From positions 160,001 to 224,000 of the forward strand of contig JAZAHK010000046.1 of the NCBI GenBank assembly GCA_036231405.1: DNA of 64,000 nt, in the 5' to 3' direction. Positions 1 through 10,537 of this stretch are shown piece by piece. The translations under genes were made by a program, and so were the position numbers. The stretch's first letter is position 1; the number at the start of each line of letters is the position of its first letter. The notes beneath the pieces were generated by a model. The model was not told where the DNA came from and made no database searches. It saw only the letters and a program-made list of their open reading frames with translations. The stretch comes from Nitrospinota bacterium (GTDB lineage Bacteria; UBA8248).

Positions 1-48
1 GTTGGACTAAGAAGTTTGGGCGCTAAAATTGAAAGGATTCATCCATGA
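1..48 (+). CDS. murA: 3' end of UDP-N-acetylglucosamine 1-carboxyvinyltransferase (partial)
   Basis: Frame 1 reads VGLRSLGAKIERIHP*, resembling the MurA C-terminus (LxxLGAxIER). ATGA overlap with hisG; murA-hisG is a common gene order. Confidence 0.65.
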   Translation, partial: VGLRSLGAKIERIHP

Positions 49-707
49 ACCAAAAAAAAGATGCAAAAGACTTTTTGACGATTGCACTCCCAAAAGGTCG
101 AGTTTTTCAGGGTGCAGTAGAGAGACTATTGGATGCAGGTCTTTTATCTGAAAGTATTTCTGATTCCTCAAGGGTTCTGATAAAAGATGATAAAAAAACA
201 AATCTACGCGTTTTAATTTTAAGAAATTATGATGTACCTACGTATATTGCTAGAGGTATTGCTGATTTAGGAGTAATTGGAAAGGATGTTTTGTTGGAGC
301 AAGAGCAGCTTTTATATGAACCATTAGATCTTCTTTTCGCACCTTGTAGGTTAATGGTCGCAGGGCCAATTGGTTGTAAATGGAAAGAAATATCTAGCAT
401 GACTGACTTAACAGTTGCTACAAAATTTCCTGTAATAGCCGAACGGTTTTTTTCAGAAAATGGCATACAAGCGAGGATTGTACATTTATATGGTAATGTT
501 GAGATTGCCCCTTTAACTGGGGTGGCAGATATAATAGTTGATCTTGTAGATACTGGTAAAACTTTGAAAGCAAATAGATTGATTCCAATAAAAGAGATCT
601 TTTCATCAACTGCTCGTTTAGTTGTTAACAGAGCGAGTATGAAGATCAAAAATAAAAATATTTCCTCTTTTATTAGAAAGTTGAAAGGGGTTTGTAAGAA
701 AAGCTGA
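45..707 (+). CDS. hisG: ATP phosphoribosyltransferase, short form
   Basis: IALPKGR, DLGVIGKDVLLE, VATKFP, DIIVDLVDTGKTLKAN motifs; 220 aa with no C-terminal regulatory domain. Confidence 0.95.
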   Translation: MNQKKDAKDFLTIALPKGRVFQGAVERLLDAGLLSESISDSSRVLIKDDKKTNLRVLILRNYDVPTYIARGIADLGVIGKDVLLEQEQLLYEPLDLLFAPCRLMVAGPIGCKWKEISSMTDLTVATKFPVIAERFFSENGIQARIVHLYGNVEIAPLTGVADIIVDLVDTGKTLKANRLIPIKEIFSSTARLVVNRASMKIKNKNISSFIRKLKGVCKKS

Positions 708-731
708 AGAATTCTTGTTCGTAAAATAAAG

Positions 732-2051
732 ATGAGGAAAGTGTTGAAAAAAATTCGCTATAAAACTGAGAATTCAAGAGACGAGGTTAGGAATTTATCC
801 TTACACGGCAAAATCCCAGAAAAAGTAAATGGCATACCTGAAATTATTCAAAAAGTAAAAGAAAACGGTGACTCTGCTTTGTTAGAACTTACTCGTCTTT
901 ACGATGGAGTCAATTTTCCTAATGGTATTATTCAAATAACCAAGGAAGATTTAGAAACGGGGTATAATTCTTTAAATGACAAAATTATTGATGCTCTTAC
1001 TTTGTCAGCAAAGCGTATACAGGAATTTCATCAATTACAGTTACCTCAAACAATTTCTTTAATGAAGAAGCAATCTCGCGAGATTTCTTACGTTCCAAGT
1101 CCTCTTGAAAGAGTAGGTCTATATGTTCCGGGTGGAAGGGGAGCCTATCCTTCTACTGTTCTAATGAACGCAATTCCTGCAAAGGTTGCAGGTGTAAGAG
1201 AAATTATTTTGTGCACTCCACCTTCTTCAGATGGAAAGGTTCCTGATTCAGTTCTTGTGGCAGCTTCAATTTCGGGAGTAGATAAAATCTTTTCAGTTGG
1301 AGGTGCTCAATCCATAGCAGCTATGGCATTCGGGACAGATACAATTCCTAAGGTAGATAAGATAGTAGGTCCTGGAAATGCTTATGTTTTGGAAGCTAAA
1401 CGTTTAGTGAGTAATGTAGTTGCAATTGATAAGGACGCTGGTCCTAGTGAGATAGTTATTTTGATAGACGAGACTACTCCGATTGATTGGGCTGTCGCAG
1501 ATCTTTTTGCTCAAGCTGAACATGATCCTGATGCTATGGCAATTGCTGTTTGTCTTAGCGAGGATGTCTCTGTTTCAGTTGAAAAAGAAATTGAAAACCA
1601 AATTATTTATCAAGATAGAAAAGAAGTGATACAGAAATCTCTTTCTTCTAGAGGTGCAATTATTCAAGTAGATTCAATTGAAGATGCTATTCAAGTTATA
1701 GATGATATTGCTCCTGAACACTTGCAAATAATGATTGAAAATTCTGCGCATATAGCGGAGAGAGTTTTAAGTGCAGGGTCAATTTTTTATGGTTCATGGA
1801 GTTCAGCTGTTTTTGGGGATTATATAGTTGGGATAAATCATGTTTTGCCAACAGGTAGTTCTGCGAGATTTTCTTCGCCCCTCAGTGTTTTGGATTTTAT
1901 AAAATGGACTAATGTTGTATCTCTGGATAGCGAATACGCTAGCTCTTTAGTAGAATCTGCTGCTTTATTGGCAGAAACTGAGGGGCTAAGCGCTCATGCA
2001 AGGGCTCTCCGTATTCGTTTGAGCAAAGATGCAAAAACTATTTCAAATTGA
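732..2051 (+). CDS. hisD: histidinol dehydrogenase
   Basis: GLYVPGG, YPSTVLMNAIPAKVAGV, AGPSE, QAEHD, APEHL, NHVLPT motifs. Confidence 0.95.
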   Translation: MRKVLKKIRYKTENSRDEVRNLSLHGKIPEKVNGIPEIIQKVKENGDSALLELTRLYDGVNFPNGIIQITKEDLETGYNSLNDKIIDALTLSAKRIQEFHQLQLPQTISLMKKQSREISYVPSPLERVGLYVPGGRGAYPSTVLMNAIPAKVAGVREIILCTPPSSDGKVPDSVLVAASISGVDKIFSVGGAQSIAAMAFGTDTIPKVDKIVGPGNAYVLEAKRLVSNVVAIDKDAGPSEIVILIDETTPIDWAVADLFAQAEHDPDAMAIAVCLSEDVSVSVEKEIENQIIYQDRKEVIQKSLSSRGAIIQVDSIEDAIQVIDDIAPEHLQIMIENSAHIAERVLSAGSIFYGSWSSAVFGDYIVGINHVLPTGSSARFSSPLSVLDFIKWTNVVSLDSEYASSLVESAALLAETEGLSAHARALRIRLSKDAKTISN

Positions 2052-2133
2052 AACTTTAATTGTTTTGTATTTTGAATGTTATTTTTTGTATGATTTATAG
2101 TGCATTTGTCTTGTTTCTTTGGGAGGGAATAAT

Positions 2134-2739
2134 TTGCTGAATAGTTATCAGAAAAGGAAAGCAACCGTTAGTAGAGCCACTAAAGAGACTAAGTTTGATA
2201 TTTATGTTTGCATAGATGGGGAAGGGGTTTCCGATATTAATACAGGAATTGGCTTCTTCGATCATATGCTTTCCCAAGTTGCAAAACATGGGATGTTAGA
2301 TTTAGAAATTATCGGGAACGGTGATTTGGAAGTAGATGGACATCATACTGTAGAGGATGTAGGAATTTTACTCGGACAGGCTTTGTCTAAGTCCCTAGGC
2401 GACCGTGCGGGAATTACTCGCTTTGCAGATGTAAGGATTCCTATGATGGATTCTTGTGCCACGATTTGCCTGGATTCAGTCGGGAGGGGAAATCTTGTTT
2501 TTAAGGCGCGGTTCCCTGACTCTTTGGTTGGAGAGTTTGATACATCTTTGGTACAAGAGTTTTTTTGGTCGCTTTCTAATCATGCAAAAATAGATTTGCA
2601 TATTGAAGTTCACTATGGGTTTAACAGTCACCACATGATTGAATGTATATTCAAAGGGTTTGCGAGAGCACTACGAAGCGCCTTCTCAATCGATGAGTTG
2701 TCAAATGGAGTTCCTAGTACAAAAGGTTCTATGTTCTAA
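2134..2739 (+). CDS. hisB: imidazoleglycerol-phosphate dehydratase
   Basis: TGIGFFDHML, DGHHTVEDVG, NSHH, GVPSTKG motifs; TTG at 2134 chosen because of GGGAGG upstream. Confidence 0.93.
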   Translation: MLNSYQKRKATVSRATKETKFDIYVCIDGEGVSDINTGIGFFDHMLSQVAKHGMLDLEIIGNGDLEVDGHHTVEDVGILLGQALSKSLGDRAGITRFADVRIPMMDSCATICLDSVGRGNLVFKARFPDSLVGEFDTSLVQEFFWSLSNHAKIDLHIEVHYGFNSHHMIECIFKGFARALRSAFSIDELSNGVPSTKGSMF

Positions 2740-2757
2740 TTCGAAAATTGAGTTGAA

Positions 2758-3387
2758 ATGTCTAAATTAGTAGTCATCGATTATGAAATGGGAAATATGC
2801 TTAGTGTTAAAAATGCATTAGGTCATATTGATGCAGATTATTTCATGAGTTCGAATGCATTAGATTTGGACGACGCTAATGGGATTATTTTGCCTGGCGT
2901 TGGTGGGTTTCCTGAATGCATGCGCGCATTACATAATTTTGGTTTGGTAGAAGCTATTAGGAAGGCAATTGAAAAGGGGGTTCCTTTCTTAGGTGTTTGT
3001 TTAGGGTTGCAAGTACTTTTTCAAGAAAGTGAGGAGTTTGGTAATACAGAGGGATTGAGCGTTTTCGAAGGTACAGTGAGGAGGTTCCCAAAATCTTTTG
3101 CCCTGAAAGTTCCACATATGGGATGGAATCAAATTCGTTTAACTAATCCTTGTTGCATTTTGAAGGATGTTGAGGAATCAGATTATTTTTATTTTGTACA
3201 CTCTTTTTATGTGGAAGAAGTCCCTGGGTTATTGTCTCATGTAACTTCTTTTTCTGACTATGGAATTTCTTTTGTGGCAAGTATTCAAAAAGATAATGTA
3301 TTCGCAACTCAGTTTCATCCTGAAAAGAGTGGTCTAAAGGGACTGAAGATTCTGAAAAATTTTGTCTCTTTTTGTGAGCAAAACTGA
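2758..3387 (+). CDS. hisH: imidazole glycerol phosphate synthase glutaminase subunit
   Basis: LPGVG, GVCLGLQ, VPHMGWN, YFVHSF, QFHPEKS motifs. Confidence 0.95.
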   Translation: MSKLVVIDYEMGNMLSVKNALGHIDADYFMSSNALDLDDANGIILPGVGGFPECMRALHNFGLVEAIRKAIEKGVPFLGVCLGLQVLFQESEEFGNTEGLSVFEGTVRRFPKSFALKVPHMGWNQIRLTNPCCILKDVEESDYFYFVHSFYVEEVPGLLSHVTSFSDYGISFVASIQKDNVFATQFHPEKSGLKGLKILKNFVSFCEQN

Positions 3388-3409
3388 AGTTTTTTTAGTT
3401 GAGGGCAAA

Positions 3410-4135
3410 GTGCTAGTTATTCCTGCAGTAGACCTTAAAGACGGCAAGTGTGTGAGATTAATTCAAGGGGAAGTGGACCGTGAAATAATCTATGATTCTG
3501 ATCCAGTTAAAATGGCATTGCATTGGGTCGAACAAGGGGCTACTCGTCTACATTTAATAGATCTTGATGGGGCACTGAAGGGAAGACCGGTTCATCTCGA
3601 TGTGCTCTCTTCTATTGCAAAGAATATTAATATTCCGATCCAGTTTGGTGGTGGAATTAGGGATGAAGAAACTTTAAAATTAGTTATAGATTCAGGAGCA
3701 AGTTTTGCGATTTTGGGTACAACTGCAGTTGAAAATCCTGAATTTGTTAAAATTGTTGCAAGGCAATACCCTAAGCAAGTGATACTAAGCATTGATTCTT
3801 TTAATGATCAAATTAGGGTTTCGGGATGGAAGTCTGAGCGAAACATTACTCCAGAGGAACTTGCTGAAAACTTTCTTCAAGTTCCATTAGCGAATTTCAT
3901 TATCACTGATATTAGCCGTGATGGTATGCTTGAAGGTTTTGATTCTAGTCTTTCTCTTCGAATAGCGAAAATATCTGGGAAATCTGTAATAGCTGCCGGT
4001 GGGATTACAGACATTGAAGATATCAAGAATGCTATTCCCCTGTTTTCAAAAGGTTTGGTAGGTGTTGTAGTTGGACGAGCGCTTTATGAAAAAACTTTGG
4101 ATTTTAAAGAAGCATTGGAATTGGTAAATTGCTAG
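3410..4135 (+). CDS. hisA: ProFAR isomerase
   Basis: [33 protein letters not shown] start at 3410 preferred over 3362. Confidence 0.93.
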   Translation: MLVIPAVDLKDGKCVRLIQGEVDREIIYDSDPVKMALHWVEQGATRLHLIDLDGALKGRPVHLDVLSSIAKNINIPIQFGGGIRDEETLKLVIDSGASFAILGTTAVENPEFVKIVARQYPKQVILSIDSFNDQIRVSGWKSERNITPEELAENFLQVPLANFIITDISRDGMLEGFDSSLSLRIAKISGKSVIAAGGITDIEDIKNAIPLFSKGLVGVVVGRALYEKTLDFKEALELVNC

Positions 4136-4899
4136 CTAAACGAATAATCCCCTGTCTGGATGTTAAAAATGGCAGAGTTGTGAAAGGAGTGCGTTTTGAA
4201 AGTCTCCGTGATGCTGGAGATCCTGTTAGTTGTGCAAAAGCATATTATGAGATGGGGGCTGACGAAATTTGTTTCTTGGATATTACTGCGTCTCAGGAAG
4301 AAAGAGGAACCTTGCTTAAGGTAGTGGAGAAGACCGCGAAAGAAGTTTTTGTTCCGCTTACGGTCGGAGGTGGGGTAAGGAGCGTAGATGATGTTGCTTT
4401 ATTACTTCGCGCTGGGGCTGATAAAGTTAGTATCAATAGTGCAGCATTAAAAGATCCGAAAGTATTGAAAGAATCTGCGAATCGTTTTGGCAGTTCTACA
4501 ATTGTATGTGCAATAGATGCAAAAAGTGTTTCTTCTGATGTAAATGCACCTAGATGGGAAGTTTTTTCACATGGTGGGACAAGGACAACAGGACGAGACG
4601 TAATGGATTGGGCTTCAAAATCTTCAGAACTCGGTGCTGGCGAGATACTTTTGACTAGCATGGATCGTGATGGGACAAAGATTGGATATGATATACAATT
4701 GACAAGATCGGTTGTTGAAAAAGTATCCGTGCCAGTTATAGCTTCAGGAGGCGTAGGGAACTTGGAACATTTGTATGAAGGGCTATGTAAAGCTGGAGCA
4801 AATTCAGTGCTCGCTGCTAGCATTTTTCATTTTGCAGATTACTCGATTCAAGAGGCGAAAGAATTCCTCAGGGAAAGGAATGTAGAGGTGAGAATGTGA
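4129..4899 (+). CDS. hisF: imidazole glycerol phosphate synthase cyclase subunit
   Basis: [38 protein letters not shown] motifs. Confidence 0.97.
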   Translation: MLAKRIIPCLDVKNGRVVKGVRFESLRDAGDPVSCAKAYYEMGADEICFLDITASQEERGTLLKVVEKTAKEVFVPLTVGGGVRSVDDVALLLRAGADKVSINSAALKDPKVLKESANRFGSSTIVCAIDAKSVSSDVNAPRWEVFSHGGTRTTGRDVMDWASKSSELGAGEILLTSMDRDGTKIGYDIQLTRSVVEKVSVPVIASGGVGNLEHLYEGLCKAGANSVLAASIFHFADYSIQEAKEFLRERNVEVRM

Positions 4900-5561
4900 G
4901 TAATGATTTGCTTTCTCAAATTAAATGGGGTGGCGACGGATTGATCCCTGCAATTTGTCAAGATATCTCCACAGGACAGATACTGATGATGGCTTGGGTT
5001 AATTCAGAAGCTTTATCCTTAACTCTAGAAAAGAAGAGAGTGCATTTTTGGTCTCGGTCGAGAAAAATAATATGGGAGAAAGGAGAAACTTCAGGTAATT
5101 TTTTAAACCTTGAAGATGCGAGTTTGGATTGTGATTTTGATTCAATTCTTTTTTTGGTTTCTCCAAACGGACCGGCGTGCCATACAAATAGAATGTCATG
5201 TTTTTTTAATGAGATTCTTCCTAAAGAAGGGTCTAAAGAATTCTTTTTTAATCACAATTTTTTAGAATCCATATACAAACTGATTCAAGAAAGAAAACTA
5301 ACGGGTAATTTAGACGAAAGTTATGTCGCTAGATTATTTTCGAAAGGCAAGAGTAGGATTGCAAAGAAAGTAGGAGAAGAAGCATCTGAAGTGGTAATTG
5401 CGATGATGAACTCCAACCGTAATGAAATAATCGAGGAAATGAGTGATCTCTGGTTCCATTTGTTAGTTGCTATGGTTTCGAGTGAACTTCCTCCCGGAGA
5501 GATATTGTCGAAGTTGGCTGAACGATTTGGTAAAGGTGGTAGAAACGAATCCGAAAGGTAG
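4896..5561 (+). CDS. hisIE: bifunctional phosphoribosyl-AMP cyclohydrolase / phosphoribosyl-ATP pyrophosphatase
   Basis: WSRSR, KGETSGN, DCDFD, ACHT..SCF followed by [14 protein letters not shown]. Confidence 0.95.
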   Translation: MSNDLLSQIKWGGDGLIPAICQDISTGQILMMAWVNSEALSLTLEKKRVHFWSRSRKIIWEKGETSGNFLNLEDASLDCDFDSILFLVSPNGPACHTNRMSCFFNEILPKEGSKEFFFNHNFLESIYKLIQERKLTGNLDESYVARLFSKGKSRIAKKVGEEASEVVIAMMNSNRNEIIEEMSDLWFHLLVAMVSSELPPGEILSKLAERFGKGGRNESER

Positions 5562-5638
5562 TGATTTGTCCGATTTTTTATAATTTTCCAATTGTTGAAA
5601 GTTTTTATTCATTTCGGAAAAGATAATCGGAGGTTAAT

Positions 5639-7522
5639 TTGGGTCTTATTCCTGAAAATATCATTGACGAATTACGAGAATCTACTCCTATAGATCAAGT
5701 AATTAGCGAATATGTTTCTTTGAAAAAGGCAGGTTCCAATTTCATGGGACTTTGTCCCTTCCACGAAGAGAAAACTCCATCATTCAGTGTGAATCCAAGA
5801 CTTGGTATTTTTAAATGTTTTGGTTGTGGTGAAGGGGGGAATGTTTTTAAATTTTTGATGTCACATGAAAAAATGAATTTTATTGAATCTGTCCAATTTC
5901 TCGCTCGTAAACAGGGGATAGATGTTTCACGTTTTTTGGACTCAAACAAGAATGAAAATGATACGAGAGGAAGAGATAGGATAATACAAATTAACAATTT
6001 AGCCCTAAATTTTTTCCAAGAAGCGTTGAAACATAAAATTGGGTCTAAGGCAAGGGATTACTTGCAAAGTCGTACCATAAACAAAAATTCTCAAGAAATT
6101 TTCAAAATAGGTTTTGCGCCGAGAGGATGGGATTTTCTTCTCAAAGCTTTGGGGAAGAGGGGAGTTTCTGAAGAAGAACTTATGGTCGCAGGATTGGTTT
6201 CAAAAAAGGAGGGCCAGAAAGGGTTTTACGATCGTTTTAGAGATAGGATCATTTTTCCAATTTATGATTTTGGTGGCAATCCAATTGCTTTTGGCGGTCG
6301 TTTGTTGCCTGACTCTGAAAATAAAAACGACCGAGCTAAATATCTTAATTCCCCAGAAACTTCAGTGTTCAAGAAATCTAGGACTATGTATGGCCTTAAT
6401 CTTGCACGTGAAAAAATGAGGTCGAATAAGAAAGTTATCGTTGTTGAGGGCTATTTTGATGTTATTACTTTATTCCAAAACGGATTTGATTTTTCGGTTG
6501 CAACATTAGGTGTGGCCTTTACCCAAGATCATCTCCGTCTTCTAAGATCCCATGCTGAGGAATTTCTTTTTGTTTTTGACCCGGATGAAGCAGGAGAGGC
6601 AGCTACTGAAAGAGCAGGTATAGTTGTTGGTAATTCTATGAATCTTTCCTATGTCCCTAAAGGTCTACTGTCGAGTCAGATTTTAGGTGAAGATTTCGTT
6701 GACAAAAGGGGCGCTGGAACTGTAGATATACGCGTTGTTGCTCTGTCAGATAACTTAGATGTAGATGAATTTTTGAGAACTAAGGGGGCAGATGAATTAG
6801 AAAAACTTCTTGCCTCTTCTGAAGGTTTGCTAGAGAGGACTGTCAGAATGACTCTTGATAACGTTGATACAAGTTCTACTAAATCAAAGAAAATTGATGC
6901 AATTGAGAAAATACTTCCTCTTCTTGCTGCGAGTCATAGGAGCGTTCAAGAGCAATTTTTTTCTCTTCTCGAAATTCGTCTTGGAATCCCGTATCCTACG
7001 CTTTCCTCAATGTTAGATAGGAAGATAAAAAATCGGAATTCCTCTTCTAAAAAGAGTGCCTCAATTACTCTTGTTGATGCGAAGAAAAAGCCACCTAAAA
7101 TAGAAATAGATTTTTTAGAGCTGTTGTTGCATAGACCTGATTTAATTGATCTGAAGACAATTGATATGTCTTTTTTTTCTGATTCTATTGTTAGAACTAT
7201 ATTAATTGAGTTGCGAGATGTTTCAGAAAAGGGTATTAGAATGTCTGCTGCATCTTTGTTAGATCATTTAGACGATGAAGTTGCGCGTTCATTGGTTATT
7301 GAGTTATCTTCTTCTCAGTTAGGAGATGAACGCGATGAAGAGGAAGCCCTTGATTGCCTCTCACGTCTCAGGGAGATAAAACTCCGACGTGAACAGGAGA
7401 AGTTTAATCAGAAAATTTACAATATTTCTAGAGAAAAGGGTGATAATGCCGAAATTTTATGGGACTTACTGGAGCAAAAGAATAAATTGTTGAAAGAAAA
7501 ACAAAAAGATGTTTCTTCTTGA
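5639..7522 (+). CDS. dnaG: DNA primase
   Basis: CPFHEEKTPSF...CFGC zinc finger, DRFRDRIIFP, KYLNSPET, VEGYFD Toprim motifs; precedes rpoD. Confidence 0.96.
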   Translation: MGLIPENIIDELRESTPIDQVISEYVSLKKAGSNFMGLCPFHEEKTPSFSVNPRLGIFKCFGCGEGGNVFKFLMSHEKMNFIESVQFLARKQGIDVSRFLDSNKNENDTRGRDRIIQINNLALNFFQEALKHKIGSKARDYLQSRTINKNSQEIFKIGFAPRGWDFLLKALGKRGVSEEELMVAGLVSKKEGQKGFYDRFRDRIIFPIYDFGGNPIAFGGRLLPDSENKNDRAKYLNSPETSVFKKSRTMYGLNLAREKMRSNKKVIVVEGYFDVITLFQNGFDFSVATLGVAFTQDHLRLLRSHAEEFLFVFDPDEAGEAATERAGIVVGNSMNLSYVPKGLLSSQILGEDFVDKRGAGTVDIRVVALSDNLDVDEFLRTKGADELEKLLASSEGLLERTVRMTLDNVDTSSTKSKKIDAIEKILPLLAASHRSVQEQFFSLLEIRLGIPYPTLSSMLDRKIKNRNSSSKKSASITLVDAKKKPPKIEIDFLELLLHRPDLIDLKTIDMSFFSDSIVRTILIELRDVSEKGIRMSAASLLDHLDDEVARSLVIELSSSQLGDERDEEEALDCLSRLREIKLRREQEKFNQKIYNISREKGDNAEILWDLLEQKNKLLKEKQKDVSS

Positions 7523-7582
7523 AAGTTTTAAATTTTGCACTTTAATTCATGGTACTTCAGATTCCAATAGAAGGAGTTAAAT

Positions 7583-9601
7583 TTGGCACAGCGAACGAAA
7601 AAATCTGCTGATACTAAAATTAAGAAAATCGCTAAGAAAAAAGAGGTGGTTTCTACTGGCACTAAAATTAAGAAGATCGCTAAGAAAAAAGAGGTGGTTT
7701 CTACTGGCACTAAAATTAAGAAGATCGCTAAGAAAAAAGAGGTGGTTTCTACTGGTACTAAAATTAAGAAAATCGCTAAGAAAAAAGAGGTGGTTTCTAC
7801 TGGTACTAAAATTAAGAAAATCGCTAAGAAAAAAGAAATGACTCAGAAGGACGTAAAGGCTCTGATTGCCCAAGGTCAGGAGAAGGGTTTCCTTACTTAT
7901 GATCAGGTGAATGATGTTTTACCCTCTGATGTAAATTCTCCCGAAGTTATCGATGACATAATGGTAATGTTTAACGAAATGGATATAGAAGTGATTGATC
8001 CTTCTTCGGCTGAGGAACGTTTGAACGAAAAAAAAGAAACTCAGGGTGAAACAGAGTCTTCTAATAATTCAAAGTCTAATCAAAGTGAACGAACCACTTC
8101 TGAGTCTATTTCATCTTTTGATGATTCTACTTATGGAAGAACTGACGACCCTATGCGTATGTACCTAAGAGAAATGGGACAGATTCCTCTATTAGGTAGA
8201 GAGGGTGAGATAGAAATTGCGAAAAGAATAGAAGAGGGACAATTAGAAGTAAGTCTTGCGACGGTATCAACGCCGATCGCAATAGATATGGTTTTAGATC
8301 TTGGGAAAAAACTTGAAAATGATGAGATTTCAGTTGCTAAGCTTGTCTTAATCAGCAGACAGTCTGCGGATGATGAAGATGAATCCGAAGAAGAAAACGA
8401 TCACGAAGAAGAGAAAAAGAAATTCCTTTCGTTGACGAGAAGATTGAGAACTCAACTCAAAAAAATAGAGACAAAAAATATTACTACTGCAGATCCAGTT
8501 TTACATAAGAAATCACTTGATAAAGTAGCTGAGATTATTCGTCTCATGAACTTAAGGCCTGAACAAGTGGATTCTATTGCAGATAGGGTGAATCTTTTTG
8601 TAGATAAAGTACATAAGCATGAAAAAGAAATTAATGGTTATTTGGTTCAGGTTGGGTTAAGTGAATCTGAAATGCGTTCTTATCTACGTCAAAATGGAGA
8701 AAAAAAAGCTAGTTATGTAGGAGATAAAAAGATTCCTATAAGTATTCTTGCTGAATATGATCGTAGAATTAAAAAAATACGAAAAGAAATAAGAGATAGA
8801 GAAAACGAAGCTGGTGCATCGCGTGCAGAACTAGAAAATTCAGTGAAGATGATTCGTAGAGGTCGTCGTAAGGATCAACGTGCAAAGAAAGAACTAGCTG
8901 AGGCTAATTTACGTTTGGTGGTAAGTATTGCGAAAAAGTATACAAATAGGGGTTTGCAATTTTTAGATCTCATTCAGGAAGGAAATATTGGTTTAATGAA
9001 AGCTGTAGACAAGTTTGAATATAAAAGAGGGTATAAATTCAGTACTTATGCAACATGGTGGATTCGGCAAGCCATTACAAGAGCTATAGCCGATCAAGCA
9101 AGAACAATACGTATTCCTGTTCATATGATTGAAACAATTAATAAATTAATTCGTACATCGCGTTTACTTGTTCAGAAACTAGGTCGCGAGCCTTTTCCCG
9201 AAGAGATCTCTAAAGAAATGGATCTCCCTATTGATAAGGTAAGAAAGGTGCTAAAAATTGCAAAGGAACCTATCAGTCTTGAAACTCCAATTGGCGAAGA
9301 AGAAGATAGTAGTTTGGGAGATTTTATAGAAGATAGAAAAGCTGTTTCACCTCAAGAATCGGTAGTGAAAGTAAGCTTGGCAGAACAGACTCAGGAAGTA
9401 CTTCAAACATTGACCCCAAGAGAAGAAAAAGTGTTACGTAAAAGGTTTGGTATTGGTACAGAAAATGAACATACCTTGGAAGAGGTTGGGCACGATTTTA
9501 GTGTTACCCGAGAGAGAATTAGACAAATAGAGGCGAAAGCCCTTAGAAAATTGCGTCATCCGAATAGAAGTAAAAGGCTAAAAAGCTTTATAGATGACTA
9601 A
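7583..9601 (+). CDS. rpoD: primary RNA polymerase sigma-70 factor with Lys-rich repeat N-terminal extension
   Basis: [11 protein letters not shown] (region 1.2), [50 protein letters not shown] start behind AAGGAG. Confidence 0.97.
   Translation: MAQRTKKSADTKIKKIAKKKEVVSTGTKIKKIAKKKEVVSTGTKIKKIAKKKEVVSTGTKIKKIAKKKEVVSTGTKIKKIAKKKEMTQKDVKALIAQGQEKGFLTYDQVNDVLPSDVNSPEVIDDIMVMFNEMDIEVIDPSSAEERLNEKKETQGETESSNNSKSNQSERTTSESISSFDDSTYGRTDDPMRMYLREMGQIPLLGREGEIEIAKRIEEGQLEVSLATVSTPIAIDMVLDLGKKLENDEISVAKLVLISRQSADDEDESEEENDHEEEKKKFLSLTRRLRTQLKKIETKNITTADPVLHKKSLDKVAEIIRLMNLRPEQVDSIADRVNLFVDKVHKHEKEINGYLVQVGLSESEMRSYLRQNGEKKASYVGDKKIPISILAEYDRRIKKIRKEIRDRENEAGASRAELENSVKMIRRGRRKDQRAKKELAEANLRLVVSIAKKYTNRGLQFLDLIQEGNIGLMKAVDKFEYKRGYKFSTYATWWIRQAITRAIADQARTIRIPVHMIETINKLIRTSRLLVQKLGREPFPEEISKEMDLPIDKVRKVLKIAKEPISLETPIGEEEDSSLGDFIEDRKAVSPQESVVKVSLAEQTQEVLQTLTPREEKVLRKRFGIGTENEHTLEEVGHDFSVTRERIRQIEAKALRKLRHPNRSKRLKSFIDD
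7613..7837 (+). repeat. 48-bp in-frame tandem repeat (4 full copies + 33-bp partial) encoding [16 protein letters not shown]
   Basis: Unit actaaaattaagaa(a/g)atcgctaagaaaaaagaggtggtttctactgg(c/t) read directly. Confidence 0.97.
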
Positions 9602-9672
9602 AAGCTTTGAATAGTACTTAGTCGGATTTTAGATATCAATCTCGTTCTTTTTTTTATAATTTGTCGAATTTT

Positions 9673-9747
9673 GGGCCCATAGCTCAATGGTGGAGCGTCC
9701 GGCTCATAACCGGTTGGTTCTTGGTTCGAATCCAAGTGGGCCCACCA
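9673..9747 (+). tRNA. tRNA with CAT anticodon, probably tRNA-Ile2 (lysidine-modified)
   Basis: GGGCCCA/TGGGCCC acceptor stem, CT-CAT-AA loop, TTCGAAT T-loop, encoded CCA. No initiator features; C4:G69 and C5:G68 fit TilS determinants. Confidence 0.88.
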
Positions 9748-9778
9748 TAGTGAATATTTGAAATTTGGAGGTGTTGTA

Positions 9779-10537
9779 TTGAAAAACTCGCAGTTGTCAT
9801 CTCTAGTTAACTTGCAGTCTATGGATTCTAAGATTTATAAATTAAGAGGCCTGATTAGTGGAATTCCAGAGCAAGTTGATGAGCAGAAGGGGTCTATTTT
9901 TGAATTTGAAAATAAATTAAAAGAAGTGCAAGAAGATGCCTCAAACGCGGAAAAAGCTCAAAAGGATTTTGAGGGTCAGATTCAAATACTTAACGAAAAA
10001 CTAAAAGAAGCCCGATCAAAGCAAGCAATGGTTAAAACAAATGATGAATATAATGCTCTAAGTAATGAAATTCAGAATGGGGAGAAAAAGATAGATTTAA
10101 TTGAAGAATCCCTGCTTGAAAAATTGGAGTTTTTGCCGTCTTTGACTGAAAAAATAGACAACGCTGAGAATGAGTTGAAAATAAAAGAGCAGAAAGTCAA
10201 TGTTAAATTAGAAGAACTGAATTCTAGGAAACAAGGCTATGAAGGCGAACTAGAAATTCTTCTGCAAGAGAAAAAGAATCTTTCTTCAACAATTTCTAAA
10301 AATTGGTTGAATTTATACGAATCACTTTTGAAGGGAAAAAGAACTATTGCAGTCTCTCCTATAATTCAAAGAACTTGCCAAGGATGTAAAATGTCAGAAA
10401 CGCTACAAAGATTTTTCGAGATAAGAGACTCAGAGGATTCTATCTTTACGTGTACTCATTGTGGAAGGATTCTATATTATGAAGAGACAGATTTAGGAGA
10501 AACTACTTTGAGTGCTCCAGATGAGGTGAAAAAATAA
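9779..10537 (+). CDS. coiled-coil protein with C-terminal C4 zinc ribbon (DUF164/CT398-like)
   Basis: Long coiled coil, CQGC...CTHCGRILY; TTG 9779 behind GGAGGTG. Confidence 0.85.
   Translation: MKNSQLSSLVNLQSMDSKIYKLRGLISGIPEQVDEQKGSIFEFENKLKEVQEDASNAEKAQKDFEGQIQILNEKLKEARSKQAMVKTNDEYNALSNEIQNGEKKIDLIEESLLEKLEFLPSLTEKIDNAENELKIKEQKVNVKLEELNSRKQGYEGELEILLQEKKNLSSTISKNWLNLYESLLKGKRTIAVSPIIQRTCQGCKMSETLQRFFEIRDSEDSIFTCTHCGRILYYEETDLGETTLSAPDEVKK

Noticed and set aside
7613-7837. CRISPR array
   Set aside because: Contiguous repeats with no unique spacers, in frame inside rpoD, and no cas genes in the window
9673-9747. Initiator tRNA-fMet
   Set aside because: Paired G1:C72 and no run of three G:C pairs in the initiator orientation in the anticodon stem
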